From NCBI GenBank assembly GCA_964016885.1, contig OZ024745.1:90272001-90336000 (forward strand): 64,000 bases of DNA, written 5' to 3'. Position 1 is the first letter of the stretch. Each line of letters begins with the position of its first letter. Below the pieces are notes generated by a model. The model searched no databases. It saw only the letters and a program-made list of their open reading frames with translations, and was not told the origin of the DNA. Of this stretch, positions 26,843 to 40,570 are shown in pieces. The stretch is from Eledone cirrhosa. Taxonomy: Eukaryota. The position numbers and the translations under genes are program-made.

Positions 26843-27328
26843 ATATTGTTATACTTTGGGAGGGTCATGTTGCCAATAAGAAACACACGCACCAGTTGCT
26901 TTCACTTCAATTTAATTTAATATATATTTATAAATTTACAAATTTATAAATTTCTGGTTGGTTGGTTGGTTCCACAACCAGATAGTTGTTTATATATATA
27001 TAGTCATAGTTCTTTCGTCACACACTCTGTGACCTCTTCAGTGACTGGGGATTTCTTTCTTCGTTTCTGTGCCTTTCCTTTCTTCTATCCTACGCCATTC
27101 ACAGAAACGAAGAAAGAAATCCCCAGTCACTGAAGAGGTCACAGAGTGTGTGACGAAAGAACTATGACTATATATATATAAACAACTATCTGGTTGTGGA
27201 ACCAACCAACCAACCAGAAATTTATAAATTTGTAAATTTATAAATATATATTAAATTAAATTGAAGTGAAAGCAACTGGTGCGTGTGTTTCTTATTGGCA
27301 ACATGACCCTCCCAAAGTATAACAATAT
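26843..27328. mobile_element. Fold-back element: 229-bp apparently perfect inverted arms, 28-bp spacer
   Basis: 26843-27071 versus 27100-27328. Confidence 0.92.
27125..27169 (+). ncRNA. Minimal type I hammerhead, intact core; mirror at 27002-27046
   Basis: AGTCA-CTGAAGA-G-GTCAC-AGAGTGT-GTGAC-GAAAG-AA-CTA-TGACT. Confidence 0.75.
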
Positions 27329-27356
27329 TTATACATATATATATATATACGCATGC

Positions 27357-27394
<38 letters not shown>

Positions 27395-27743
27395 GCATGC
27401 ATGTATGTATGTGTATGAATGTATGTCAATTCTTATTTTGATTATTTATTTTATATTGATTCTCTAAATAAACCTTGTTTTTAACTAAGCTTTATCACCT
27501 AGAAACGTCTTACGTATACTCACGACTTCACTCAGGAATTGTAATTGAATTTGTACAACACTGTTTTTGCCTTTGAACACCTGCTTTTCGAGATTACTAC
27601 TTAGTAATCTTAGATATTTAGTACTATAGACAAGTGTACCAATAATTATAGGCATAAATCTGAATTTATAATCTGGGTCAATAAGTTACTGTTTTCAATG
27701 ATTTTAAAAGACTTTTCCACATCTGGTGAGTATCTGACCTTAA

Positions 27744-30700
27744 CCTCTTCAGTGCCGTAAACGAGATAACTCGTCCTAACATGTATGCATTCCAGTGCCA
27801 CAGACGAGATAATTCGTCCTAACATGTATGCATTCCAGTGCCACGGATGAGATAATTCGTCCTAACATGTATGCATGCCAGTGCCACAGACGAAATATTT
27901 CGTCCTAACATGTATGCATTCGAGTGAAATGGACGAGATAATTCGTCCTAACATGTAAACATTCCAGTGCCACGGATGAGATAACTCGTCCTAACATGTA
28001 TGCATTCCAGTGCCGTAAACGAGATAACTTGTCCTAACATGTATACATTCCAGTGCCACAGATGAGATAACTCGTCCTAACATGTATGCATTCCAATGCC
28101 GTAAGCGAGATAACTTGTCCTAACATGTATACATTCCAGTGCCACGGATGAGATAACTCGTCCTAACATGTATGCATTCCAGTGTCGTAAACTAGATAAC
28201 TTGTCCTAACATGTATGCATTCCAGTGCCGTAAACGAGATAACTTGTCCTAACATGTATACATTCCAGTGCCACGGATGAGATAACTCGTCCTAACATGT
28301 ATGCATTCCAGTGCCATAAACGAGATAACTCGTCCTAACATGTATACATTCCAGTGCCACGGATGAGATAACTCGTCCTAACATGTATACATTCCAGTGC
28401 CACGGATGAGATAACTCGTCCTAACATGTATGCATTCCGGTGCCACGGATGAGATAACTCGTCCTAATATGTATACATTCCAGTGCCACGGATGAGATAA
28501 CTCGTCCTAACATGTATGCATTCCAGTGCCATAAACGAGATAACTCGTCCTAACATGTATACATTCCAGTGCCACGGATGAGATAACTCGTCCTAACATG
28601 TATGCATTCCGGTGCCACAGACGAGATAATTCGTCCTAACATGTATACATTCCAGTGCCACGGATGAGATAACTCGTCCTGACATGTATACATTCCAGTG
28701 CCACGAATTAGATAACTCGTCCTAACATGTATACATTCCAGTGCCGTAAACGAGATAACTTGTCCTAACATGTATACATTCCAGTGCCACGGATGAGATA
28801 ACTCGTCCTAACATGTATACATTCCAGTGCCGTAAACGAGATAACTTGTCCTAACATGTATACATTCCAGTGCCACGGATGAGATAACTCGTCCTAACAT
28901 GTATACATTCCAGTGCCGTAAACGAGATAACTTGTCCTAACATGTATACATTCCAGTGCCGTAAACGAGATAACTTGTCCTAACATGTATACATTCCAGT
29001 GCCACGGATGAGATAATTAGTCCTAACATGTATACATTCAAGTGCCACGGATGAGATAACTCGTCCTAACATGTATACATTCCAGTGCCACGGATGAGAT
29101 AACTCGTCCTAACCTGTATACATTCCAGTGCCACGGATGAGATAACTCGTCCTAACATGTATGCATTCCGGTGCCACAGACGAGATAATTCGTCCTAACA
29201 TGTATACATTCCAGTGCCACGGATGAGATAACTCGTCCTAACATGTATACATTCCAGTGCCACGGATGAGATAACTCGTCCTAACATGTATGCATTCCGG
29301 TGCCACGGATGAGATAACTCGTCCTAATATATATACATTCCAGTGCCACGGATGAGATAACTCGTCCTAACATGTATGCATTCCAGTGCCATAAACGAGA
29401 TAACTCGTCCTAACATGTATGCATTCCAGTGCCGTAAACGAGATAACTTGTCCTAACATGTATACATTCCAGTGCCACGGATGAGATAACTCGTCCTAAC
29501 ATGTATGCATTCCGGTGCCACAGACGAGATAATTCGTCCTAACATGTATACATTCCAGTGTCACGGATGAGATAACTCGTCCTGACATGTATACATTCCA
29601 GTGCCACGGATGAGATAACTCGTCCTAACATGTATGCATTCCGGTGCCACAGACGAGATAATTCGTCCTAACATGTATACATTCCAGTGCCACGGATGAG
29701 ATAACTCGTCCTAACATGTATACATTCCAGTGCCGTAAACGAGATAACTTGTCCTAACATGTATACATTAAAGTGCCACGGATGAGATAACTCGTCCTAA
29801 CATGTATACATTCCAGTGCCGTAAACGAGATAACTTGTCCTAACATGTATACATTCCAGTGCCGTAAACGAGATAACTTGTCCTAACATGTATACATTCC
29901 AGTGCTACGGATGAGATAACTCGTCCTAACATGTATGCATTCCAGTGCCGTAAACGAGATAACTTGTCCTAACATGTATACATTCCAGTGCCACGGATGA
30001 GATAACTCGTCCTAACATGTATACATTCCAGTGCCGTAAACGAGATAACTTGTCCTAACATGTATACATTCCAGTGCCACGGATGAGATAACTCGTCCTA
30101 ACATGTATGCATTCCAGTGCAATAAACGAGATAACTCGTCCTAACATGTATACATTCCAGTTCCACGGATGAGATAACTCGTCCTAACATGTATACATTC
30201 CAGTGCCACGGATGAGATAACTCGTCCTAACATGTATGCATTCCGGTGCCACGGATGAGATAACTCGTCCTAATATATATACATTCCAGTGCCACGGATG
30301 AGATAACTCGTCCTAACATGTATGCATTCCAGTGCCATAAACGAGATAACTCGTCCTAACATGTATACATTCCAGTGCCACGGATGAGATAACTCGTCCT
30401 AACATGTATGCATTCCGGTGCCACAGACGAGATAATTCGTCCTAACATGTATACATTCCAGTGCCACGGATGAGATAACTCGTCCTGACATGTATACATT
30501 CCAGTGCCACGGATGAGATAACTCGTCCTAACATGTATGCATTCCGGTGCCACAGACGGGATAATTCGTCCTAACATGTATACATTCCAGTGCCACGGAT
30601 GAGATAACTCGTCCTAACATGTATACATTCCAGTGCCGTAAACGAGATAACTTGTCCTAACATGTATACATTCCAGTGCCACGGATGAGATAACTCGTCC

Positions 30701-33700
30701 TAACATGTATGCATTCCAGTGCCGTAAACGAGATAACTTGTCCTAACATGTATACATTACAGTGCCACGGATGAGATAACTTGTCCTAACATGTATACAT
30801 TCCAGTGCCGTAAACGAGATAACTTGTCCTAACATGTATACATTCAAGTGCCACGGATGAGATAACTCGTCCTAACATGTATACATTCCAGTGCCACGGA
30901 TGAGATAACTCGTCCTAACATGTATGCATTCCGGTGCCACAGACGAGATAAGTCGTCCTAACATGTATACATTCCAGTGCCACGGATGAGATAACTCGTC
31001 CTGACATGTATACATTCCAGTGCCACGGATGAGATAATTCGTCCTAACATGTATGCATGCCAGTGCCACAGACGAGATATTTCGTCCTAACATGTATGCA
31101 TTCGAGTGAAATGGACGAGATAATTCGTCCTAACATGTAAACATTCCAGTGCCACGGATGAGATAACTCGTCCTAACATGTATGCATTCCAGTGCCGTAA
31201 GCGAGATAACTTGTCCTAACATGTATACATTCCAGTGTCAAGGATGGGATAACTCGTCCTAACATGTATGCATTCCAGTGCCGTAAACGAGATAGCTCGT
31301 CCTAACATGTATGCATTCCAGTGCCGTGAACGAGATAACTCGTCCTAACATGTATACATTCCAGTGCCACGGATGAGATAACTCGTCCTAACATGTATAC
31401 ATTCCAGTGCCACAGATGAGATAACTTGTCCTAACATGTATACATTCCAGTGCCACGGATGAGATAACTCGTCCTAACATGTATGCATTCCACTGCCGTA
31501 AACGAGATAACTTGTCCTAACATGTATACATTCCAGTGTCATGGATGAGATAACTCGTCCTAACATGTATGCATTCCAGTGCCGTAAACGAGATAACTTG
31601 TTCTAACATGTATACATTCCAGTGCCACGGATGAGATAACTCGTCCTAACATGTATGCATTCCAGTGCCATAAACGAGATAACTCGTCCTAACATGTATA
31701 CATTCCAGTGCCACGGATGAGATAACTCGTCCTAACATGTATACATTCCAGTGCCACGGATGAGATAACTCGTCCTAACATGTATACATTCCAGTGCCAC
31801 GGATGAGATAACTCGTCCTAACATGTATGCATTCCGGTGCCACAGACCAGATAATTCGTCCTAACATGTATACATTCCAGTGCCACGGATGAGATAACTC
31901 GTCCTGACATGTATACATTCCAGTGCCACGGATGAGATAACTCGTCCTAACATGTTTGCATTCCGGTGCCACAGACGGGATAATTCGTCCTAACATGTAT
32001 ACATTCCAGTGCCACGGATGAGATAACTCGTCCTAACATATATACATTCCAGTGCCACGGATGAGATAACTCGTCCTAACATGTATACATTCCAGTGCCG
32101 TAAACGAGATAACTTGTCCTAACATGTATACATTCCAGTGCCACGGATGAGATAACTTGTCCTAACATGTATACATTCCAGTGCCGTAAACGAGATAACT
32201 TGTCCTAACATGTATACATTCCAGTGCCACGGATGAGATAACTCGTCCTAACATGTATGCATTCCAGTGGCGTAAACGAGATAACTTGTCCTAACATGTA
32301 TACATTCCATTGCCACGGATGAGATAACTCGTCCTAACATGTATGCATTCCAGTGCCGTAAACGAGATAACTCGTCCTAACATGTATACATTCCAGTACC
32401 ACGGATGAGATAACTCGTCCTAACATGTATACATTCCAGTGTCACGGATGAGATAACTCGTCCTAACATGTATGCATTCCCGTGCCACGGATGAGATAAC
32501 TCGTCCTAACATGTATACATTCCAGTGCCACGGATGAGATAACTCGTCCTAACATGTATACATTCCAGTGCCACGGATGAGATAACTCGTCCTAACATGT
32601 ATGCATTCCGATGCCACAGACGAGATAATTCGTCCTCACATGTATACATTCCAGTGCCACGGATGAGATAACTCGTCCTAACATTTATACATTCCAGTGC
32701 CACGGATGAGATAACTCGTCCTAACATGTATGCATTCCGGTGCCACAGACGAGATAATTCGTCCTAACATGTATACATTCCAGTGCCACGGATGAGATAA
32801 CTCGTCCTAACATGTATACATTCCAGTGCCACGGATGAGATAACTCGTCCTAACATGTATGCATTCCAGTGCCACGGATGAGATAACTCGTCCTAACATT
32901 TATACATTCCAGTGCCGTAAACGAGATAACTTGTCCTAACATGTATACATTCCAGTGCCGTAAACGAGATAACTTGTCCTAACATGTATACATTCCAGTG
33001 CCACGAATTAGATAACTCGTCCTAACATGTATACATTCCAGTGCCGTAAACGAGATAACTTGTCCTAACATGTATACATTCCAGTGCCACGGATGAGATA
33101 ACTCGTCCTAACATGTATACATTCCAGTGCCGTAAACGAGATAACTTGTCCTAACATGTATACATTCCAGTGCCACGGATGAGATAACTCGTCCTAACAT
33201 GTATACATTCCAGTGCCGTAAACGAGATAACTTGTCCTAACATGTATACATTCAAGTGCCACGGATGAGATAACTCGTCCTAACATTTATACATTCCAGT
33301 GCCACGAATGAGATAACTCGTCCTAACCTGTATACATTCCAGTGCCACGGATGAGATAACTCGTCCTAACATGTATGCATTCCGGTGCCACAGACGAGAT
33401 AATTCGTCCTAACATGTATACATTCCAGTGCCACGGATGAGATAACTCGTCCTAACATTTATACATTCCAGTGCCGTAAACGAGATAACTTGTCCTAACA
33501 TGTATACATTCCAGTGCCGTAAACGAGATAATTCGTCCTACCATGTATACATTCCAGTGCCACGAATTAGATAACTCGTCCTAACATGTATACATTCCAG
33601 TGCCGTAAACGAGATAACTTGTCCTAACATGTATACATTCCAGTGCCACGGATGAGATAACTCGTCCTAACATGTATACATTCCAGTGCCGTAAACGAGA

Positions 33701-34786
33701 TAACTTGTCCTAACATGTATACATTCCAGTGCCACGGATGAGATAACTCGTCCTAACATGTATACATTCCAGTGCCGTAAACGAGATAACTTGTCCTAAC
33801 ATGTATACATTCAAGTGCCACGGATGAGATAACTCGTCCTAACATTTATACATTCCAGTGCCACGAATGAGATAACTCGTCCTAACCTGTATACATTCCA
33901 GTGCCACGGATGAGATAACTCGTCCTAACATTTATACATTCCAGTGCCACGAATGAGATAACTCGTCCTAACCTGTATACATTCCAGTGCCACGGATGAG
34001 ATAACTCGTCCTAACATGTATGCATTCCGGTGCCACAGACGAGATAATTCGTCCTAACATGTATACATTCCAGTGCCACGGATGAGATAACTCGTCCTAA
34101 CATGTATGCATTCCGGTGCCACAGACGAGATAATTCGTCCTAACATGTATACATTCCAGTGCCACGGATGACATAACTCGTCCTAACATGTATACATTCT
34201 AGTGCCACGGATGAGATAACTCGTCCTAACATGTATGCATTCCGGTGCCACAGACGAGATAATTCGTCCTAACATGTATACATTCCAGTGCCACGGATGG
34301 GATAACTCGTCCTAACATGTATGCATTCCAGTGCCACGGATGAGATAACTCGTCCTAACATGTATACATTCCAGTGCCCTTGTCCTAACATCTATACATT
34401 CCAGTGCACGGATGAGATAACTCGTCCTAACATGTATACATTCCAGTGCCGTAAACGAGATAACTTGTCCTAACATGTATAAATTCCAGTGCCACGGATG
34501 AGATAACCCGTCCTAACATGTATGCATTCGAGTGAAATGGACGAGATAACTCGTCCTAACATGTTTCATGTTTTTTCCAACAGTTCATAACATCAAAGTT
34601 ATGAAATCGTTTCCAAAAGTTCATAACTTCAACGTTAGATGGAGTTACTATTTTATTAACGTGACGTTGTCAGTTATTCAGATATATGTTGTTAATAAAT
34701 CTTTGTTTAAAACAATAGTCATTTTACTGAAAATAAAACCGGTACAGCAACTGTAGCTGTGTAAAATATAGACGGCGGTCAACAGG
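27744..34786. mobile_element. piggyBac-like non-autonomous element enclosing the satellite
   Basis: TTAA at 27740-27743 and 34787-34790; imperfect TIRs CCTCTTCAGTGCCGT / CCTGTTGACCGCCGT (11/15). Confidence 0.6.
27749..34564. repeat. 43-bp satellite array, about 158 copies
   Basis: Consensus AGTGCCACGGATGAGATAACTCGTCCTAACATGTATACATTCC with recurrent variants. Confidence 0.98.
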
Positions 34787-35243
34787 TTAATATAATAACT
34801 GTGCGAGATAATCCTACTTTAGTATCCTAAACAACTACAGTGTGTTGGTTATCTTTCTATTTCGCAGACGCCTTTTTTCTTTTACTAGAATTTTTTGTTC
34901 CATAAGCTGACGCATATGTGTATATGTGTATGCTTGTGTGCATGAGTGTGTATATCCATATGCATACATTTATACGTATGAGTATATAAATATAAACGTA
35001 CAAACACATACACACTTATAAAAACACATATATACTTCTGTTGAAGTGTTTGCAATAATCTGACTATGCATATACGTCGGAATAGAAACAAAACCGTCGC
35101 GGTTTTCACCATCCCCTTCCTTCCATTTACACACACATACATTCACGCAGATAACGGACGTAAAGAGAGAGGAGTAGTATGAGGTAGTCAAACTATTCCT
35201 CTCTCTTTACGTGTTGTGACAGAATTGCAGAAACGTATACATA

Positions 35244-35426
35244 GATAATTGTTTCTACTTTGGGCACAAGGCCAGCAATTATCTCAGTACACTACTGGTA
35301 CTTTATTTTATCGACCCCGTAAGAATGAAAGGCAAAGTTAACCTCGGCGGGATTTGAACTCAGACCATAAAGGAGCGTAACTCTATGCTGCAAAGCATGG
35401 CGTCCGACCTTCTACCGATACTGCCA
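35244..35426 (-). mobile_element. SINE family 1, near full length
   Basis: Matches 7401-7596. Confidence 0.85.
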
Positions 35427-36470
35427 AAGATAATAATGTTCCACCAATATCCTTTGATTTGAAACGTATGTATATACTCAACAAAATAAATGTGTATCCC
35501 AAAGTAGTTTTAAGTATGTGCATATGTTTGTAGGAATTGTGAAAAACTGGTGAAGTTATATAAATTCTTCAAAGTATATATTCCGTGATCAATAAACAAA
35601 AATAAGTTAAAACACATCAGTTAAGACTTTACAAACAACAGTAAGCTACAACATGAATTTTAACCTCTATTGATCATGTTGAAACGAAATTCAAAATGCA
35701 CCAGGCAAGGCAAACAGCCAGTATTTATTAAAATCATGAAACGTAGACAGAAGTAAACAGACATTTGGAAACACAGTTGAAATAATGAACGAGGATTATT
35801 ATTTCGTTAAGAATATAAAAATAAAGATGAAAATATAAATGGATTTTGTTTAAAGGAGTTAAAGTCATGTTTCCCTTCAACATACATTAAACAAGAGATT
35901 CTTCTCACATAGAAATGTGTGTGTGACTGTATGCATGCGTGTGAATGTGTGTGTGTGTGTGCGTATGTGTGTGTGTGCGTGTGCATGAATGTAAGCGTGT
36001 GAGTGTGTGTATAGTTATGTGTCTGTGACTATGCATGTATGCATGAGTGTGTGTGCATGTGTGTGTACGTGTGCCTGTGTGTGTGTGTGTGTTCAATACC
36101 GTAAGGACTAAGACATAGATTAAATAAATACAATACGTCAGAAATTATTAATTTTCGCCTGGTCGAGAAACAAGCAACGATTTAGGCTGAACAGAGTTTT
36201 GCCTTATTATTGCTGAAAATAATTATGTGTATGTGAGAGAGAGAGTGTGTGTGTGAGAGTGAGTGCGTGTGTGTGAGAGTGACAGAGGGAGTGTATGTGA
36301 GTGTGAGTGAGTGTATGTGACTGAGAGAGCGAGTGTGTGTGGGAGTGACTGAGTGTGTGTGAGAGGGAGAGACAGAGAGTGTGAGTGAGTGAGTGACCAT
36401 GCATACGTGCGTGCGCACATGTGTGCGTCTGTGTGTGTTCGGCCACTTCATTGACAGAAACCTAGTTGCG

Positions 36471-36514
<44 letters not shown>

Positions 36515-37211
36515 GCAGTATGAACAGAATATGGTCACAGCTACATAAAACAGCTACATAAGACGCATCTCTACCTCATCAGCCATCTACTAGTGTCCAA
36601 TTTCGCGCATTAAGTTTTGAATGTACACGTAATGCTAGTTAGTTTGTGCAACAGATTAGAGAATCACTCTGTTAATAAGATGTAAGTGAGATAATATCAC
36701 CACAAAGAATAGACAGGAAATTTTCCTGAGTCTTTCGGCAAAAATAAAGATAAATACCGACAAATATTACGTCTATAAATAGAAAGTCAACCGACATAGG
36801 AGTGAATTAAAACAAAAGACATTGCAAAATAATTTAACGCTGGAAAATAGAAAGACAAACTTTCGTCAAAGGAAGGTTAGTTGGTTGGCAGAACCTAAGG
36901 AAAATGTTTACTAAATGTGTGTGTATATATATATATATATATATAAATGTCAGTTACTAAAACGGCACCATACTACGGCCGTACGTCCCTGGTGATGTTG
37001 TAGTAACTGTCGCTGATAATTATATTAACACTCTACGGACTTTGTTGCTCTATACCTTGGATATCTTTACCAAACTTTTTCTACAATATATATATACCCA
37101 CATACACGCACACACACATTTTATATATATAATGGTAGAACACTGGAAGGTAATATCCGTAGTGGTAGAGCACTCAGTCCATGGGACGAGTTAGGTAGAA
37201 GTGGTTACACA

Positions 37212-37506
37212 ACATCTCACATCAAAAATGTTGCAGGTCTGACTACACGTGTGTAGACAGGCCAAACTAGCCTGTAATGTAATGTATTTAACTGCTCGGA
37301 AATGCCCCTTTTCTTGGAGCTTGATTATTGTAAACGACTGAGAGTTTATTCTCAAAATATAATATACTATATTGCTCCTTAACTGTAGAGCTGATCTTTA
37401 ATCCCGCATAAACGGCTGGTATTTCTAGCACCGTGAATGCGGGACGGCTAGTTTGGCCTGTCTACACACGTGTAGTCAGACCTGCAAAATTTTTGATGTG
37501 AGATGT
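37212..37506. repeat. 61-bp inverted repeats enclosing about 173 bp (MITE-like or fold-back)
   Basis: 37212-37272 versus 37446-37506; directly preceded (37133-37214) by the family A inverted leader. Confidence 0.8.
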
Positions 37507-37841
37507 ACTAATTTTACTGGATTCTTGTTGATAAGCACAGAAGATTTGGATATTTCACTTTTTATTTCAATTCCATTTCGATTCTCTTTATTTTTCAATT
37601 CACATACCACCGTTGCGAAACGGATTTAGGTTTCGAGGTTCAAATTCGTCTACGGAACAGGTTTGGATTTTGAAATTTAAATCTGTCCAGGAATCATGGC
37701 CGTTACCAATATAAGCTTGTCTTTATTGACTTATATCGAGACAGACAAATTGTATTCACTTTAATTAGTTTATTTCATTAATAGCTAACTTTGTCTGTTG
37801 CAATGCAAACACGTTTCGTGTTTATCATATATTTTAATGTA

Positions 37842-37931
<90 letters not shown>

Positions 37932-37934
<3 letters not shown>

Positions 37935-39414
37935 TCGCTCACTGCCGGAAAACCCTCCTCTTCAACGACGGAGTAGCCTGAGCAAAGAAGTCTACATCTT
38001 CAGACCTGTTCGACGTCTCCATGGGATCGTTTGACAGTGCTGACGTATGTGACTTGGTTGGCCTTTTTATCTTAGACATATTACGTGTTAGATTCCCGGA
38101 CTTCCACACGGGAATATACCGTGACGATTGACTGACCTTATCGAGCCATAAAAGTGGTCACGACCTCGACCGGTTTAAAAAAGACTTAGCTTCTGTCTTC
38201 AATGAGTTAGGACTTAGGATAACAGTAGCCAGCAACCTCTCTAGCGTAGATTTCTTAGACATTAATTTAGACCTTCGCACACACACCCACAGACCCTTCC
38301 ATAAGCTAAACGAGGAACTTAATTACATTGACAAGGACTCATGCTACCCTCCCACTGTTTTTAGAAACTTCGTTAAGAATATCAGTACTAGAATCTCAAA
38401 CCTCTCCTCTAATAAGGATATCTTTGACAGGGCGGCACCCTACTATAACACGGCGTTGGCTAACAGCGGCTTCTCACAACCTATCACTTACTCTCCCACT
38501 AAAAAGTAAGCGCATCAATAGACAAACTATCAGGTTCTCTCCTCCCTTCTCACTCAACGTTAAAACAAATGTAGGAAAATAATGTCTAGCCCTCTTAGAT
38601 AGTCACTTCCACATAGGTCATAAATACCGCTCCATCTTTAATCGACACAAAGTTAAACTAGGATACTCCAGCGCTAAGAACATGAAGGCCCACATCACCA
38701 GCAGCCCTAGGAGCAACACCCTACCAGGGTGCTCTTGCCGTAAGCCCGAAGCTTGCCCCCTTCAACAGCAATGCAACACACCAGCTGTAATCTATGAAGC
38801 TGTGGTCACTTCCAACCGACCAAACGAACCACAGAAGGTCAAATCCTATGTGGAGGGCCGATTCCTGAACCACCAGTCTACCTTCAGATACCCGCACAGA
38901 CGTTCATCCACGAAACTCGCGAGCCACGTATGGTCCCTCATGGACTCAAGTATAGGCTACTCCATTCAATGAAAAGCCATCACTAAGTCCAAGCCATACG
39001 CAAGAGGAGATCCGACGTGTGGCTTATGTATTGACGAACGAATAACTATTCTAAAGAGATTACGCAATAGTGATTGCCTAAACACGAGAAGTGAATTTTG
39101 CACACCTTGTCCACACGTCACCAAACATCTATTGCATAACTACAAGGCTCCGGACTGATTCTTTGTAATTTTATTTTTAATTTTATTTTTATTTTATTTT
39201 CAACCTAAAAACTTTCCGGACTTTCGCAGTTATCTCCCTTACACCTCTCGCACGCAGTCTAGTATTGCATGTGTGAAGTGACCGAGTTTCTGCGCATGCG
39301 CGTTCGTACGGTTGTCCTTCCTGTTCCCATAACCATGCACATCCCGAGCTGAAGATCCGCTAAGGTGAAACAATTTTTCTCGGTATGGTGAACTAACTGT
39401 TGTGTAACCACTTC
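37932..39414 (+). pseudogene. Penelope-like element family A: RT + GIY-YIG pseudogene and terminal repeat
   Basis: MGSFDSADVCDLVGLFIL, GIYRDD, DFLDINL, AVIYEA; colinear with 4040-4971. Confidence 0.92.
39344..39383 (+). ncRNA. Minimal hammerhead (family A), cleavage triplet mutated
   Basis: CCGAG-CTGAAGA-TCCGCTAAGGT-GAAAC-AATT-TTT-CTCGG. Confidence 0.6.
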
Positions 39415-39489
39415 TATATATATATATATATATATATATAGTAATAATAATAAATGTGAAGACTAAAATCCGAAGAGTGCTCGATAAGG

Positions 39490-39543
<54 letters not shown>

Positions 39544-40126
39544 GAGTTTCAGAAGATCCCGTAAATGTGAAAGCAGCGATTTTTTGCTTAAACTTTAATC
39601 TGTTATTTTAATCAATATATGTGTGTGGGGGGGGGGTCTGTGTGTGTGTGTGTGTGCTGAAATATAAACCTGTCGATATCTCACTGTGGGTACAAGTCTC
39701 TGTATTTTATCATCATCTATATTTTATCATCATCTTTCATGTTTTTCTAACTTCTGAAGATCTTCCTTTGTTTATGTTGTTATTCTTGCGCTATATCTAC
39801 TGATGGAGTTATGTGCTACATCTGCTATTTGGTTTATGGCGTTCTTTATACTATTAAATTTGAATTTTAATATCCTTTTTACTACTTGGAAATATTCTTT
39901 CCTGCTTTTCACTAGTCCATATTTTATACCATCATCTTCCAACCCTCCAGATATTTATATTTATCATCTATTGATTTTGTTTCTCTTTAGCACAACAATT
40001 TCACATTTGAAAATACCAAAATTACCAAACTCTATTTTTATGTTATTGCCAAAATCTCTACAGTTCTCTTTCACATATAACTTCAGAGCAGCCGTGAATT
40101 GTAAATAGTTGATGTTCTTCTATTTT

Positions 40127-40129
40127 CAC

Positions 40130-40168
<39 letters not shown>

Positions 40169-40421
40169 ATTCATATTCATACTCATCACCATCATCATCA
40201 TCACTATCCTTATCATCATCATTATCACCACCACCACCATTATCATCATCATCATCATTATCATCATCATCATTATCATCATATTCATACTCATCACCAT
40301 CACCATCATGACCATCCTTATCATCATCATTATCACCACCATCATCATCATCGTCGTCGTCGTCATGGCCATCATCATCATTATCATCATCATCATCATT
40401 ATCATCATCATCATCATTGTC

Positions 40422-40453
<32 letters not shown>

Positions 40454-40481
40454 GATCCTTATCATCACCACCACCACCACC

Positions 40482-40531
<50 letters not shown>

Positions 40532-40570
40532 CATGACGATCCTTATCACCATCAGTGCCATTATCACCAT
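40127..40570. repeat. Compound (CAT)n/(CAC)n microsatellite
   Basis: Trinucleotide repeat open in several frames on both strands. Confidence 0.95.

Noticed and set aside
27749-34564. CRISPR array or repeated 73-aa ORFs
   Set aside because: There are no unique spacers and no cas genes. The ORFs arise where single variants remove a stop in the 43-bp unit.
35180-35188. let-7 (TGAGGTAGT)
   Set aside because: Only 9 nt match and it lies in the hairpin loop.
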